Shown here: positions 22,932-35,648 of the stretch, piece after piece | Layout of the letters: every line of letters begins with the position of its first letter | Numbering within the stretch: the stretch's first letter is position 1 | Notes under the pieces: generated by a model | What the model was told of the DNA's origin: nothing | What the model saw: the letters and a program-made list of their open reading frames with translations, nothing else | Databases searched by the model: none | Translations under genes and position numbers: made by a program | Source of the DNA: Geosiphon pyriformis uo1 | Lineage: Eukaryota; Fungi; Glomeromycota | Reading direction: 5' to 3' | Length of the DNA stretch: 64,000 bases | Assembly (NCBI GenBank): GCA_016748015.1 | Contig: JAAOMT010000328.1 | Span: 186,001 to 250,000 of the forward strand

Positions 22932-24187
22932 TTTTATTAATACATTTAATGAGTGAAGCCCAACTGCTATCTAATACATAAAGCCAAACTAAGAGGCTCA
23001 AACTAAATACAGTTCACACATTTACTACATATGGCTAGCCACTCAGGCCAGACAAGGCAATACTACACACCTATATCAACACTAGGACTACTATCCAGAC
23101 CAGAAAAAAAAAGGTAAGACCTGTGATGACCAAAATTAACAGCAAAAGAGCTAGCAATACTAAGCATCCTTACCACCTTATCAGGCAACAAAGAATCCAA
23201 GCAATAAGACAAACCAGAAAACAAACCGTCATCCCCAACCAGACCAGTCTTCTCCATTTTCACCCTAAATGCCGACCTCACCAACCAGGCTTTAGAGTGA
23301 TGTAGCTCAACCAAACGCTCAACAAAACCAACCACAGCGCCAACAGTCTTCTTCTTACCATTTAAAATACCCACCGCCTCTTCACACCACTCCCTCAGCA
23401 CAAACTCTTTACACAGAACCAAATACAAACCAATGTCTAAAGAACACTGACTGAGAGATTGCAAAACAGCAAAAAACGACAAGCCACAAAGACCGACTAT
23501 GGATAGCCAGTCTGAACACACTGTGACCAGAACCTCCTTGCAAACCTCCATATCATGAGAACACGTAAAAACATGGTCTGGTAACTCCATCTCATGACAC
23601 AATAAGCACAGCACACCAGGGTACAGATTATCATATAGACGTTTCCTAACTGCCACAAGAAGCCATCAGTGCACAGCTTTCATCAGATACGTGTAAAGAC
23701 AAAAAGACCTCCAACTAGTAAAACCAGCAAGCATATGTGAATCGGGATGCCACATCTTAACAGTAGCATCCCAATCCATGGTCTTAATTAGCACACCAGG
23801 AATCACATCATGGCCAAGTCCAGCCTCCCACTGCACACGGCAAACAGATTTATACAAATCCCAAACAAAATGACAAGTATTGCCAGAGACCGGTGTATTT
23901 TCAGCAACTAAAAAACACTCCTGGACACCAATAGGCAAAGATAAACGAGAAAAAACAGCATCCCTGATAGCAGCATCAGCCTTAACATTACCAACAACTC
24001 CAGAATGCTCTTTAACCTTAACCCAATATACAGAAAGATCTTTTTTGCAAACCAAATCAAAAATACGACATCTCTCCAACCAACAAAAGGAGTGGAAATC
24101 AGGCATGGACAATAACATCTCAGAAATGCATGTATCAATAGCCGCTTGGCTGTCAGCATACACGATCACTGTACAAGAAGATGGAAT
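22932..24187 (-). mobile_element. LINE copy C, 5'-truncated within RNase H
   Basis: YADSQAA, VKVKEHSG, CLLC..DHVFTC, 3' UTR; TSD CAATATTTTTT at 22921-22931 and 24188-24198. Confidence 0.92.
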
Positions 24188-25809
24188 CAATATTTTTTCT
24201 TGAAAATTTTAGAATTATAATAATATATAAGATTGTTATATCATTATTAATTTTTTTTTGTTTCTTTTTTTTTAATAAATTTAAAATAATTTTTTTGTTT
24301 GTTAATTTTTTGAATATTTATTTTGATTTTTTGTTAAATAATTAATAATATTAGTGCTTATATAAATTGTTTTTATTATTAAATTGGATTTTTTAATAAT
24401 ATAAAGTTTTTTAGTCTTAATAAATAGATTAATAATAAGTTAAATATTTGAATTTAAACAAATAAAATTAAAAAAAATATAATTGAAAGTAATAATTTAA
24501 TATTGATTTTTTATTTAAATATTTACAAATATTTAATAGTAATTTTTAGTATATTATAAGTTATCTAATTAAATTAAAGTGTCTTTTTCTGTTTTTTTTT
24601 GCTGTTTATTTTTGATTTTAATTCTAAATCAAGAAAAAATCATAATTAAATTGGATATTTTTTTTTTTATTATTTTTTATTATTTTTACAAGTGAGGTCC
24701 AAACACTACTTAGTGCTATACATCAAAGAAATAATTTATATTAAGCATGAATCATGTATTTACTACACATGACCAGACACTTGGGCCAATCAAAACAACA
24801 CTATACAGTTATATGAACAGAAACAGAGTCATTTATATCCAAAAAAAATAAACATGATTTGTGAAAACCAAAATGAACACCTAACACTTCAGTGATGCCA
24901 AGCAATTTGACCACACCAGCAGAAAACCCTAAAGTCAAATCTGAAACTGTCACAAGAACCGAACCATCCAGCAGAATTAGGTTGGCTTTCTCCATATAAG
25001 CTCAATGTTTAACATAGACCAACCAGATATCATCTCTAAAAGCGAGACCAAGAGATCTCACAAACTTAACAACCTTCAAACCAGCAACCTTTGGATTATG
25101 AAAGACAGAAACAGCTTCGCGAAACCAATCATTAAACACAAAACTCTTATAAAGTGCCATAAAGACCGAGAAATCAGAAACACAAAATGATAATAGCTAC
25201 AACACACAAAAAGAAGAATGAAATAAACCAGAAAGAGTTTTCCAAGAATTAACATGAGAATCCAATATAAGAAATCAAGTAAAATTGTCAATTTTACAAT
25301 AGAACACATGATCCGAAGTCTCCACCTCACCACAATATAAACAAAGCACACCAGGATAATGTCTATTGTAGAGACGCTTCTGAACTGCAACAGGAAGCCA
25401 ATAATGCAAAGCTTTCATAAAATAAGTATGGATGCCAGCTGAAAGTTTGCTAGTAAAACTGGTGGTCATATGCAAATTAGGATGCCAAACCAGCAAAGAG
25501 TGGGGCCAATCTACCTTAGAAAGCAAACTATTAGTCAAAAACTTAGAGCCAGAACCAACTTCCCAACATGCATGACAAATGGAGTGATAAATATCATAAA
25601 CAAAATGTCTGGAATTTCCAGAAACTACATTATTATCAGCAACTATAAAATATTCATTCAAGTGAGAAATAAGATGCTGACCAGAAAGAGAAACAGCACC
25701 AGCAATCAAGTCAACATACTTATTTCTGGAAACACCAGAGTGACCTTTTATCTTGTGCTAACTGACACTTAAGTTCTTACATTTAACAATGTTTGCAATA
25801 TGTTGGTGC

Positions 25810-26765
25810 TGTTACTGGAGGTTTTTGGTCTCTTTTTTCAAATGTTGTTAATGTTGATTTGCTGTGAATTCACGTTTCCAGGAAGTAGTTGAACCTCCAA
25901 TAACTAAATTTATCTTCAAATTATCTTCTATAATTTGAACTGCTGGGCTTATAAGTGGAATAGCCAATTCTGTGCTAGTTACTTGTGTAGTTACATTGTA
26001 GTAAATGTCAACTCTTTCCCAAGAATTGCTCATCTGGAAGCTCACTAAAAATGTGTAGTTACTTTGTTGTGAAAGTCAACTCTTTTACAGGAATCTTGTC
26101 TGTAGGTTATCCTAATAATTGTAATAAAAAAAAAAAATAAATAAAAAAAATGTAAAAGAAATAGGATTTTATCAAGGAAAATGTTTTTTATCCAGGCCTG
26201 GAGTCATTAACAGTTTTACTGAAATTGGTAGTTGGGTTTTGGGGATTTTTCAAGTGCAATAATTCAAGAATTTGGTTTTTCAATTTATTTGATATTTATT
26301 TCTTTTTGTGTGTGTAGGAATGGTTCTAAGTAATAAATCTAAAGTAAGATACATTTTCTCGAAGAAAGAAGCTTTTCTTTTATACAACTTGTCATAACAC
26401 TATTCTATAAACTTGAACTTTGCTATTTTCTACAATTTTGTTGAACTAAAGATACATTTTGGCGAACTACAAGTTATTTCTGCAAACTATTAGATATTTT
26501 GGTGAACTATCAATTATTTCAGCAAATTTCTACAAATTTCGGCAAACTTTTGAATATTACATATTTCAGGGTATTGCATGATTGATCATTGTACTTAGGT
26601 TACATTTGTGTTATATACAAATTAGGTTATTAATTAAATGATGATTTCAGACATTTTGCTAAATGTAATAAGTGATAATTTAAAACAATAATATATACTA
26701 ATTAATGGTAAGAATTATAAGGGTAATTTCATGCTAAACAATATCTCTAATTTTGTCTGGTAACA
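25810..26765 (-). repeat. 3' LTR of copy 2
   Basis: Homologous to 34668-35648 with a ~20-bp deletion; adjacent PPT (GAAGAGGAGG, 26769-26778). Confidence 0.95.
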
Positions 26766-27453
26766 TAACCTCCTCTTCAAGACTGAGCTCCATTAAAGTC
26801 CAAGTACTGTCTGTAATTTCCAGATAATAATCCAAAATTATTGAAGAAATTTGGTCTGAAAATTGTTGAAATTTCAGTTCTGTGAGCTTTCCAATGTATT
26901 GAATCTTCAAAGGTTGTAAAATTGGGTTTTGTAAGACGTTTTCACAGATGTGAAATAGGTCATAAAGTTTAAGAGCAGCTCTGAGCTTGTAGTGACTGTT
27001 TGTTGGTCTAGCTGTTGTCTTGAATTCATTGTAGAGTTGTTTCTGAATAGCTTCTTTTGTGAAGTTTGCTGTTGTAAGTTCCAGTTTTTGTTTGTAGAGC
27101 ATTTTTTCAATGTGGAAATATCTATATATTGGGGGGTATTTGCTGTTTTCTTCATTAAGACACAGTTGAAGTTTTTGTTAAATAGTAGCATTTGGTGGAA
27201 CACTAATAGGAGTGAGCAATAAGTTTTCTCTTAAAGCAAGCTTTAAAAGTTCTGGTAGGTGAATTCCAGAATAACTTTTTGTGTTTTTTCTATAAGGGTA
27301 ATACTTCCGTAAATTTGGGGCTAAATTTGTAACTACTTCTGTTTGGGTATAATTAATGTGGTTTCCAGTAATAGTAATGGATAATTCAGGTATTGTTTTT
27401 AAAGCTAGCATTAGTTTTTGAGATAATTGTTGAATATTTTAAGAGATAGTCAT
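26734..27453 (-). pseudogene. Extra ORF3 of copy 2
   Basis: Homologous to 12767-13486; ORF-track pieces 27178-27411 and 26734-27102 share one frame. Confidence 0.8.
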
Positions 27454-27609
27454 TATAAAAATTGGAATGAAAAGAAATAGATTGAATTTATTTTTGATAT
27501 GTGGGGTTTTTATGTTATTTTTGTCTTCCAGTGTGTTTTGTTTTGTTTTTTTTTTTTTTTGTGAAATCATTTTTTATAAATTATAAAAAAATAACTATAG
27601 TAAACTAAA

Positions 27610-28995
27610 TTAAGTGTCCAAGTTGGGAGGTTGTTCAATGACAACTATTGGTTCTAAGTTTTGGAGAATATCTTTGGGATTGATTAAAGGAGAATGTGTA
27701 CCAATTTGTGGAATTAATGATTCAGGATTGTTTCTGGAATTATAGTGTTTCAAACAATCTCTATGTGCAACTTTTGCTAGAATTTTGTTATCAAGTCTTA
27801 GCTTGTATGATCCGTTGTCTAGAACTTCATAGATAAAAAATGGCCCATCCCATTTATTTTCGAATTCTCCACTTTATTGTTTTTCAGCTTTAGTTCTGTG
27901 TAAGAAAACTTTGTTTCTAACTTTAAATTCATTGGTGACTGGAGGCAATTTGTTGTCATGCCATTCTTTTTGTTGAGCTTGGAAGTGTTCAATATGAGTG
28001 ACTGCTATTCGTTGTTTTCCTTCCAACGTGTTAAGCAGAGTGTAGGCTCTTCGTTAAAGTGTTTCCTGGAAATTGTTTTTATCAATTGATTGTGCTGGGT
28101 ATGTTTTCACTGTGAAACTAATTGGTAACGTTGCTGTTCTTCCATAAGTTAAATCAAATGGTGTGTGTTTTGTGGTATCTTGTTTTAGTGTTCTGTATAC
28201 TAGTAACACTGATAAAATAAAGATATCCCATTCTTGCTCAAAATTGGTTGAGATTTTGGCTAATGACTTACACAATATTCTGTTAAAACATTTTACAAGT
28301 TTGTTTGTCTGTGGATGGTAGGGCGAAGACAGAGGTTTTTTGATATTGAATCGTTCACAGATTGCTTGAATTAGATTGTTCACAAAATGTGTTCCTTGAT
28401 CGGATAAAAGTTCGATTGGGCATCCATGTCTACAGATAATGTTTTCATAAATAAAATTTGCTACTGATTTTGCATCTGCTTGTTGAATGGCTCTGGCTTC
28501 GGGTCATTTAGTGAGATAGTCTATGGCTACTACAATATAATGGTTTCTTTGGTTTGTAATAGGTAGTGGTCCAACTAAATTGATACCAATTCAGTCAAAA
28601 GGCTGTCTAACTTTGATTGGGTTTAATGGTTCTGTAGGGCGAGTTCCTCCTCTTTTTTGACAACTATTACAAGATTTAATGTATTCATGAATGTCTTTTC
28701 TCATTTGAGACCAAAAGTAATATTCTAGTGTTCTCTGGATGGTGCTGTCTTTTCTTAGATGTGCTGATGAAGGGTCCGAGTGCATGTTGTATAAAATAAT
28801 TTTTTTTTCATGTTCTTGTATTAATTTGAGCAAACTGTCTGGGTTTCTGAAGTTTTGATAATAAATAATGTTGTTGTGTAAAAAGTATTGTTTGGCTTGT
28901 TGTTGTAACTAATGTTTTTCATCTGGAGACCAATCTGTTGGGATTGTTAATGTCTCCAGATATTGTTTAAGATTGTTATAGTTTTCGGGGTTTAT
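27610..28995 (-). pseudogene. Integrase of copy 2 (start codon mutated to ATA)
   Basis: MHSDPSSAH..CNSC, SPYHPQTN; same 1386-nt length as copy 1. Confidence 0.9.
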
Positions 28996-29044
28996 TGTTT
29001 GTTGTTTTGTTGCTGTTAATTCAAATGGGTATTGGTTCTGTTTT

Positions 29045-30410
29045 CTAATCTTGCCTCATTCTTGAGAGACAATCAATGTTGGTGTGCAGTTTTCCTGGTT
29101 TGTGGTGTACAATGTATTGGTAGTTAGCTAAAAATCCTGTCCATCAGGTTTGTTTTGCATTCAGTTGGGTGTTTTTGTTCTGAAGCCATTTGAGTCCAAT
29201 ATTATCAGTGATAATATCGAATTTTTTAGGCCTGAGATAAAGGTTGAAGTGGTGTAGGACCCAAATTATGGCTGCTGTTTCTAGTTCTGTGGCAGAGTAG
29301 TTTTTTTCGGCTGGTTTTAATGTTCTGCTAGTATAAGCAATTACTTGCTTATTTCCGTTGTCATCTAATTGTGATAAGATGACACCAAAAGCAGTATAAG
29401 AAGTGTCTGTAGCTAGTTGAAATCGGTTACTGAAGTCTGGGTAGGCTAGAATTGGAGCTGTTGTCAGCTTTTCCTTGAGAATTTCAAAAGCTTTTTGGTG
29501 TTTTTCCATCCATTTGTATTCAACGTTTTTAGTAGTGAGCTGGTTGAGGGGTTTTGCAATTTCTGAGAATCTTTTGATGAATTTTCGGTAATAAGAAGCT
29601 AATCCAATAAATCCTCTCAATTCTGTAGTATTTTGTGGAGTCTTGAAGTTCTTGACAGTGCTGATTTTTCTAGGATCTGGTTTAATTCTATCTTTGCTTA
29701 CAATGTGGCCAAGAAAGACCAAACTCGTTTTTCCGAAGTAGCATTTTTTAATGTTCAGTTTCAATTCTGCTTTCCATAATTGTTGAAAAACTTTTCGCAG
29801 GTGTTTTAAATGTAATTCAAAAGATGGTGAATAAACATCAGTATCATCGAGATAGACAACTACTGATTTCCAAAGGAGGTCTTTGTAAACAACATCCATG
29901 AGTCTTTGGAATGTTGCTGGTACATTACATAATCCGAAAGACATTACATTGAACTTGTAATTTTCTCCTTGAGTAGTGAATGCTGTTTTGGGGCAATCTT
30001 TGGGATTCATGGCAACTTGCCAGTATTCACTCTCTAAATCTAATATCGAAAAGTATTTGGACTTTCCAAAGGCATCCAACATGTCATCAATTCAGAAAAA
30101 AGAGTAGGCATCTTCAATGGTAACGCTGTTGATTTATCGATAATCAACACAAAATCATATCTTTCCATTTTTCTTTTTAATTAGGACCACAGGTGAGGCC
30201 CATAGACTTATTGATGGTTAAATAAGCCCATTGTTAAGCATCTATTGTACTTTTTCTCAGATAAATTGGTGGCTTTTTGGAGCAACTTAGTAGGCTTGTT
30301 GTCGTCTTGGTTTGGCATCTCCTGTATAGATTTGGTGTTGAACCAAATCAGTTCTTTCTAAGTCATTGTTGTTTTTGGCAAAGATATCAGCAAATTCTGC
30401 AATTAGCTCT
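29045..30410 (-). pseudogene. pol: RT and RNase H of copy 2
   Basis: MSFGLCNVPATFQR, VYLDD, ATDTS. Confidence 0.95.
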
Positions 30411-30875
30411 TTGAACTGGTTTTGTTGTTGTGGTTCAAGTTGTCCCATGTTGATTCGAGATAGTTTTTCTATGACAACATGGTAGTTTTCAGAACTGGAA
30501 TTTGGGTTGATTTTTGGTAGTGAATGTTCAATGATTTCTGAGAAATTGGGAACTGTCTGGGATAATTCTTGTTGAAAGATGTTATTGTGAATAACTCCAA
30601 TTTCTATGTTATTTAATAAAACTATGGGGATTGTAAAAAGTAACTCAGACTTTTTTTGTTCCTTCTGAAATGTAAATATTTGGGATCAAGATATTATGTT
30701 CTGAGCAGATTTGTTTGTTGGACTCAAAAATTTGTTGTGCGGTTGTTGGCTTTGAACAGGTGTAGATTTCTGAATGTTCTCCAAAGAGTGAAATAGTAAT
30801 TAATTGTGGAAGTTATAGAATCTGGTGAGATTTATTTTGTTCATTAAGAGCTATGTTTACTGGAACTGTGAATTG

Positions 30876-31274
30876 TCCAGTTGAACCAAAACCTTTGGTT
30901 CCTCTTTTACTCTTTCTCAATTGTTCTCTTTGACTGACTAATTGTAAACCCGAAATGTTGATTAAAGATAAATAAATAGTTTGAGCAATTTTTTTGGCAT
31001 GTTCAATCTGAAAAGGTTTATTGGTTTTATTTTGTAACATGATTGTAATGTCTTTTGTATATCCCACATCTATGATTCTTTCTCTAACATTAATTCTTTT
31101 GCTCGCCAATGATAATTGTAAAGTAATTTGGACCATTGCTCCTGGTGGAATTTCGAGGGCAATTTTGAGGTTGATTTTTGTGAGTGATTTAGGTTTGAAA
31201 GTAAGGGTATCTTTTCCTGGATATCTTAGATTATATCCAACATCAATTTCGTGGGTTTTTTCAGGCTTTATTCC
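30876..31274 (-). pseudogene. dut: dUTPase domain of copy 2
   Basis: DVGYNL, IIDVGYTKD, KKIAQ, RGTKGFGSTG. Confidence 0.9.
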
Positions 31275-31429
31275 TTGTCCATTGTTGTTGAAGTATTTGA
31301 GTTGTAAAGCAAACTGATTTTCGATGAGATAAACAGATATGGCTTCTATTTCTTCTGTTGCTTCAGGTTCTCCAAATTCAATTTCATATTCATCACTTTT
31401 GCTGGGCAAGGGAATGCTAAGAGCATAGC

Positions 31430-32052
31430 ATTCAGAACACCATTGTTCATCACAAGGCATTATGCATTTCTCACATAATTTAATGTTCATTTGCTCTAGC
31501 CATTGAGCTTGAGCTTCTTTGGTCAAGTAAATGTGACTGGCAATTTGGTGATATACTTTTACTTCATTTTTGTAGTTGTATACAGCAATTTCAAAGATGT
31601 ATGCAATATATTCTGATTCTTTTATTTGACGAACATTTTCTTGAGTGGTTCCATTGATTAAAGTTATTGCTAAATCAAAAATTATTTTGGCATCATGAGA
31701 GTAATAGTACAGTTTGTTGAAGGCACTATTGTAAGCTGCATCAAATGGTGTTCCTCTTTTAACTTTTTCTAAAATTGATAAAGCATATTGGCAGGTTTGA
31801 TCACAGACTCCTCCTCTCATTGCTACATCAATCCAATTGCATTCTTCTGGTAGCATATCTTCACAAGTCAAACAAAAGGTGTTGTCCCATTTTCCACTTC
31901 TTTTTATTAGGTGGCCCCATTGTTCTCTGTGACAAGCCTTGCAGTAATAACAAGTATGATTTTCATATTTTTCTTCAGGTGAAATGCAGGCTCCCATTGA
32001 TGAAAGGTTTTTGTGACAATCTTTGCATTTAAGGGGAATGTAGAAGCATTGT
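31430..32052 (-). pseudogene. Cys-rich domain of copy 2
   Basis: CKDC, CKAC, CLTC, CDQTC, CEKCIMPCDEQWCSEC. Confidence 0.7.
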
Positions 32053-32269
32053 TTCCTTGGTTCAGGTTTTGAGTAAAGGATATTCTATCCAGGGGTTTCA
32101 GGTTTAGAATGTGGAGTAAAATGTTCTTGTTCAGTTTTATCGGCCCAATTGGACATTGATCCAAGAGCCATGAATGTTTCGATTATTGGTTTTTCTTTTT
32201 CTGGTTCGAATTTAAAAGCTGGGGCTTTTTTGGAGCATTTGTTGAATGTACCACAAGTGGCAGGTACTT

Positions 32270-34666
32270 GGACATGTTGTCCTTGGTAAAAGATTTGTAG
32301 TTCTTGGGTTTCCCAGTCTAATTTTGCATTGGCTTTTTGAAGCCAGTCATTTCCGACAAGAGCTTAATACTGAGGAGCGTCCATTACAAAAACTTTGACT
32401 GGAATGGTGATTCCATCAAAAATGAACAGAAAATTGTCAATTTCTCTTACTGGAGTTTTTTTCATGCCATTGGCAGTGACAATAATTGTCTGAGCTGGTT
32501 GGTCAATGTTTCTCTTTAACTGTTGCATCAACTGGTAAGTAATAATACTTCCAGTGGATCCACTGTCTAGGATTAAGTGAATTGTCTTTCCTTCAACTTC
32601 AGCTTCAGTATACATAGCTGTGATTGCTTTCTGTTTATTTGCAGCAGCATTGCTGAGTAGAAATGGTGATTTATTGGCTTCAAACTCGAAAGAAAAGATA
32701 TTAAAGAAATTGGCATTTTCAGCAATTTTGGCTGGTGGAATAGTGGTGTGGTTATGAGAAGAATTTTGTTGTTGTGCTGCAGCTCTACCTTCCGAGAGTG
32801 CAATATGATAAAAATCCCGTTCTTCTGGCATTGTTAAATAATTGGGTTGAGTGTGATAGTAATTGGGTCTTGGTTGAACAGAATTTCGGAGAACCAATTG
32901 GTTGTTCAAACTAATTCTATTGTTGTTTACTTGGTATCAATTTTGTGGTATGAATTGATTTTGTGTAATCAATCTTCAAGCAAGTACCTGATAATGTTGT
33001 GTAGGTGGTTGTTGGTATTGCTGTTGGATTGGCTGTGAGGTGGGCTGATAATAGTTATTTTGGTATTGGGGTCTTGGTGAATAGTAAGCTGGGAGTGGTA
33101 GTTGATAATAAGATTGCTATGGTGGAGGGTAACATTGATTATTCCTTTGTTGTTGGTCTTATTGCAATTTTCTACAATCACATTTCCAGTGTTCTGAAAT
33201 TCCACAATAATGACAATTTTGGATTTGGTTGTTGGGTGGTGATTTGAAGTTGTTTTAATTACATTGTTGTGGGAGTTGGTATCTTTGTGGTTGTTGTGAT
33301 TGCTGTGGCTGCTGTTGTTGCTGTTGGTTGGTGAAATAGTTTTCAAATTTCTTGATTAATTGGTCAATTTTTTCTTCAGCTGCTGAGCTGGTTTCTCCAA
33401 TAGCCAGGTTAACAAGTTTGGTACAATTGGTTTCTTCTATGACTATTTCATAGTTTTTTGCCTGTTGAATAGCAGTGGCTAAATCTTCTGGTGCATGTGG
33501 GCAAACTTTCTTGATGAGTTTGTCTTTTAGTTCAGCAATGAATTGATCCAAGATTTGTGCATTGGAGTAGTATTTATTGGTTTCCAATTGGCAAATCCTT
33601 TTAAGCAGTTTGTTGAATTTCCTAAGATAGGTCATAACTGATTTACTTAATTCTTACTTGATATTTTGGAACTGATTTCAAAGGGTAATAGAAGTGTTAT
33701 TGTCAGTAAACTGTTCTAGGAAAGCAGTTTTGAATGCTTCTTAGTGTTTTGGTGGGGCTTCCAAGTTTTCAAACCATTCACCAGCCATTCCTTGTAAAAA
33801 GTATAGAATTGCTTTTAACATTCTGGCAGCGTTTCAACCATTTGTATCTCCTGCTTTTGAGACTTTGTCAAGCCATTCTTAAGGACTGGTTTTGCTGTTT
33901 TTTCCTGTGAACTCAGGAATTTTTGCGATATATGTGGAGGCCATTTTTTCTTTGTTTTCTGAGTCTTCTGTTTCTTGTTCTGATTCAGTCTCTTTACTTC
34001 GTTTTCCTGTAGGTAATCAAGAAGGTTGGTGCTAGTTAATATTGGTTCTTGTTGTTGAATAGGGCTTTTGGGTGACTGAAAATCTTTTATTCTTGAAAAT
34101 CAAATAAGAGATGAGCTTGGTGTTTGCGGTTGAGCAAGTGAAACTGGAAATGGTGTGATTGAGAGTGGTAATTTAAAGCTGGTTTCTTGTTCTGGAGTTT
34201 GTAAACGTTTGGCAGTGGTTTTAGGTGTATTGGAAGTAGTTCTGAGTTTTTGTTTCCTTTTTTCTTTTCCTTCTTCTGTTTCCAATTCAAAACCAATAGA
34301 AAATTTCTGTTCTACTGGGTAATTTTTTTCACAATACTAAATGATATTGAAGTTGAGTTCTTGAAAGTATGTTTCAAGTGTTTGACTGTTAAAATCCTGA
34401 GTGTTTAGATGAGAGTGATGTACTAAGCTTTCATATAAGTTGCATCTAACTTCTGAAATGTTGTAGTTTCCAAAAAAATAATTGTTGATGTGATTTTCAA
34501 TGTATTGGTAAAGTGTTTTCTTGAATGTTTCAATTCCGTCTGAGATGTTAAATCTCTGCTTGCAATGAGTGTAGATTGACTGGTAATACTCTAGAGTTCT
34601 TGAATCTGTTTGAGTCACCACTTTTGAAGTTGTTGTCACTGTGTTATTTTTGTGGGAGAGCACCAA
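32270..34666 (-). pseudogene. gag: gag and protease of copy 2
   Basis: MASTYIAKIPEFTG, CHYCGISEHWKCDC, LILDSGSTGS. Confidence 0.9.
34652..34665 (-). promoter_or_regulatory. Primer binding site
   Basis: TGGTGCTCTCCCAC two bases after the 5' LTR, complementary to a tRNA 3' end (..GGAGAGCA-CCA); tRNA identity not determined. Confidence 0.8.
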
Positions 34667-34667
34667 A

Positions 34668-35648
34668 TGTTACTGGAGGTTTTTGGTCTCTTTTCTTAAA
34701 TGTTGTTAATGTTGATTTGCTGTAAATTCACGTTTCCAGGAAGTAGTTGGACCTCCAGTAACTGAATTTATCTTCAAATTATCTTCTATAATTTAAACTG
34801 TTGGGCTTATAAGTGGAATGACCAATTCCGTGCTAGTTACTTGTGTAGTTACATTGTAGTAAATATCAACTCTTTCCCAGGAATTGCTCGTCTAGAAGCT
34901 CACTAAAAATGTGTAGTTACTTTGCTGTGAAAGTCAACTCTTCTACAGGAATCTTGTCTGTAGGCTACCCTAATGATTGTAATAAGAAAAGAAAAAAAAA
35001 ATAAAAGAAATGTAAAAGAAATAGAATTTTATCAAGGGAAATATTTTCTATCCAGGCCTAGAGTCACTAACAGTTTTACTGAAATTGGTAGCTAATCAAT
35101 TTTAAAACATTAGTTGGGTTTTGGGGATTTTTCAAGTGCAATAATTCAAGAATTTGGTTTTTTAATTTATTTGATATTTATTTTTTTTTGTGTATATAAG
35201 AATGGTTCTAAGTAATAAATCTAAAGTAAGATACATTTTCTCGAAGAGAGAAGCTCTTCTTTTATACAACTTGTTATAACACTATTCTATGAACTTGAAC
35301 TTTGCTATTTTCTAACAATTTCATTGAACTAAAGATATATTTCAATGAACTACAAGTTATTTCTGCAAACTATTAGATATTTCGGTGAACTATTAATTAT
35401 TTTGGCAAATTTCTATAAATTTTGGTGAACTTTTGAATGTTACATATTTCAGGGTATTGCATGATTGATCATCGCACTTAGGTTACATTTGTGTTATGTA
35501 CAAGTTGGATTATTAATTAAATGATAATTTTGGACATTTTGCTAAATGTAATAAGTGATAATTTGAAATGATAATATATACTAATTAATAGTAAAAATTA
35601 TAAGAGTAATTTCATGCTAAACAATATCTCTAATTTCATCTGGTAACA
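34668..35648 (-). repeat. 5' LTR of copy 2 (981 bp)
   Basis: TG...CA ends; homologous to the other LTRs. Confidence 0.95.

Larger units (their letters stand above)
25810..35648 (-). mobile_element. Ty3/Gypsy LTR retrotransposon copy 2 (dUTPase-carrying, degenerate)
   Basis: Two LTRs, PBS, PPT, TSD GTGC/GCGC (one CpG transition); same domain order as copy 1. Confidence 0.97.
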
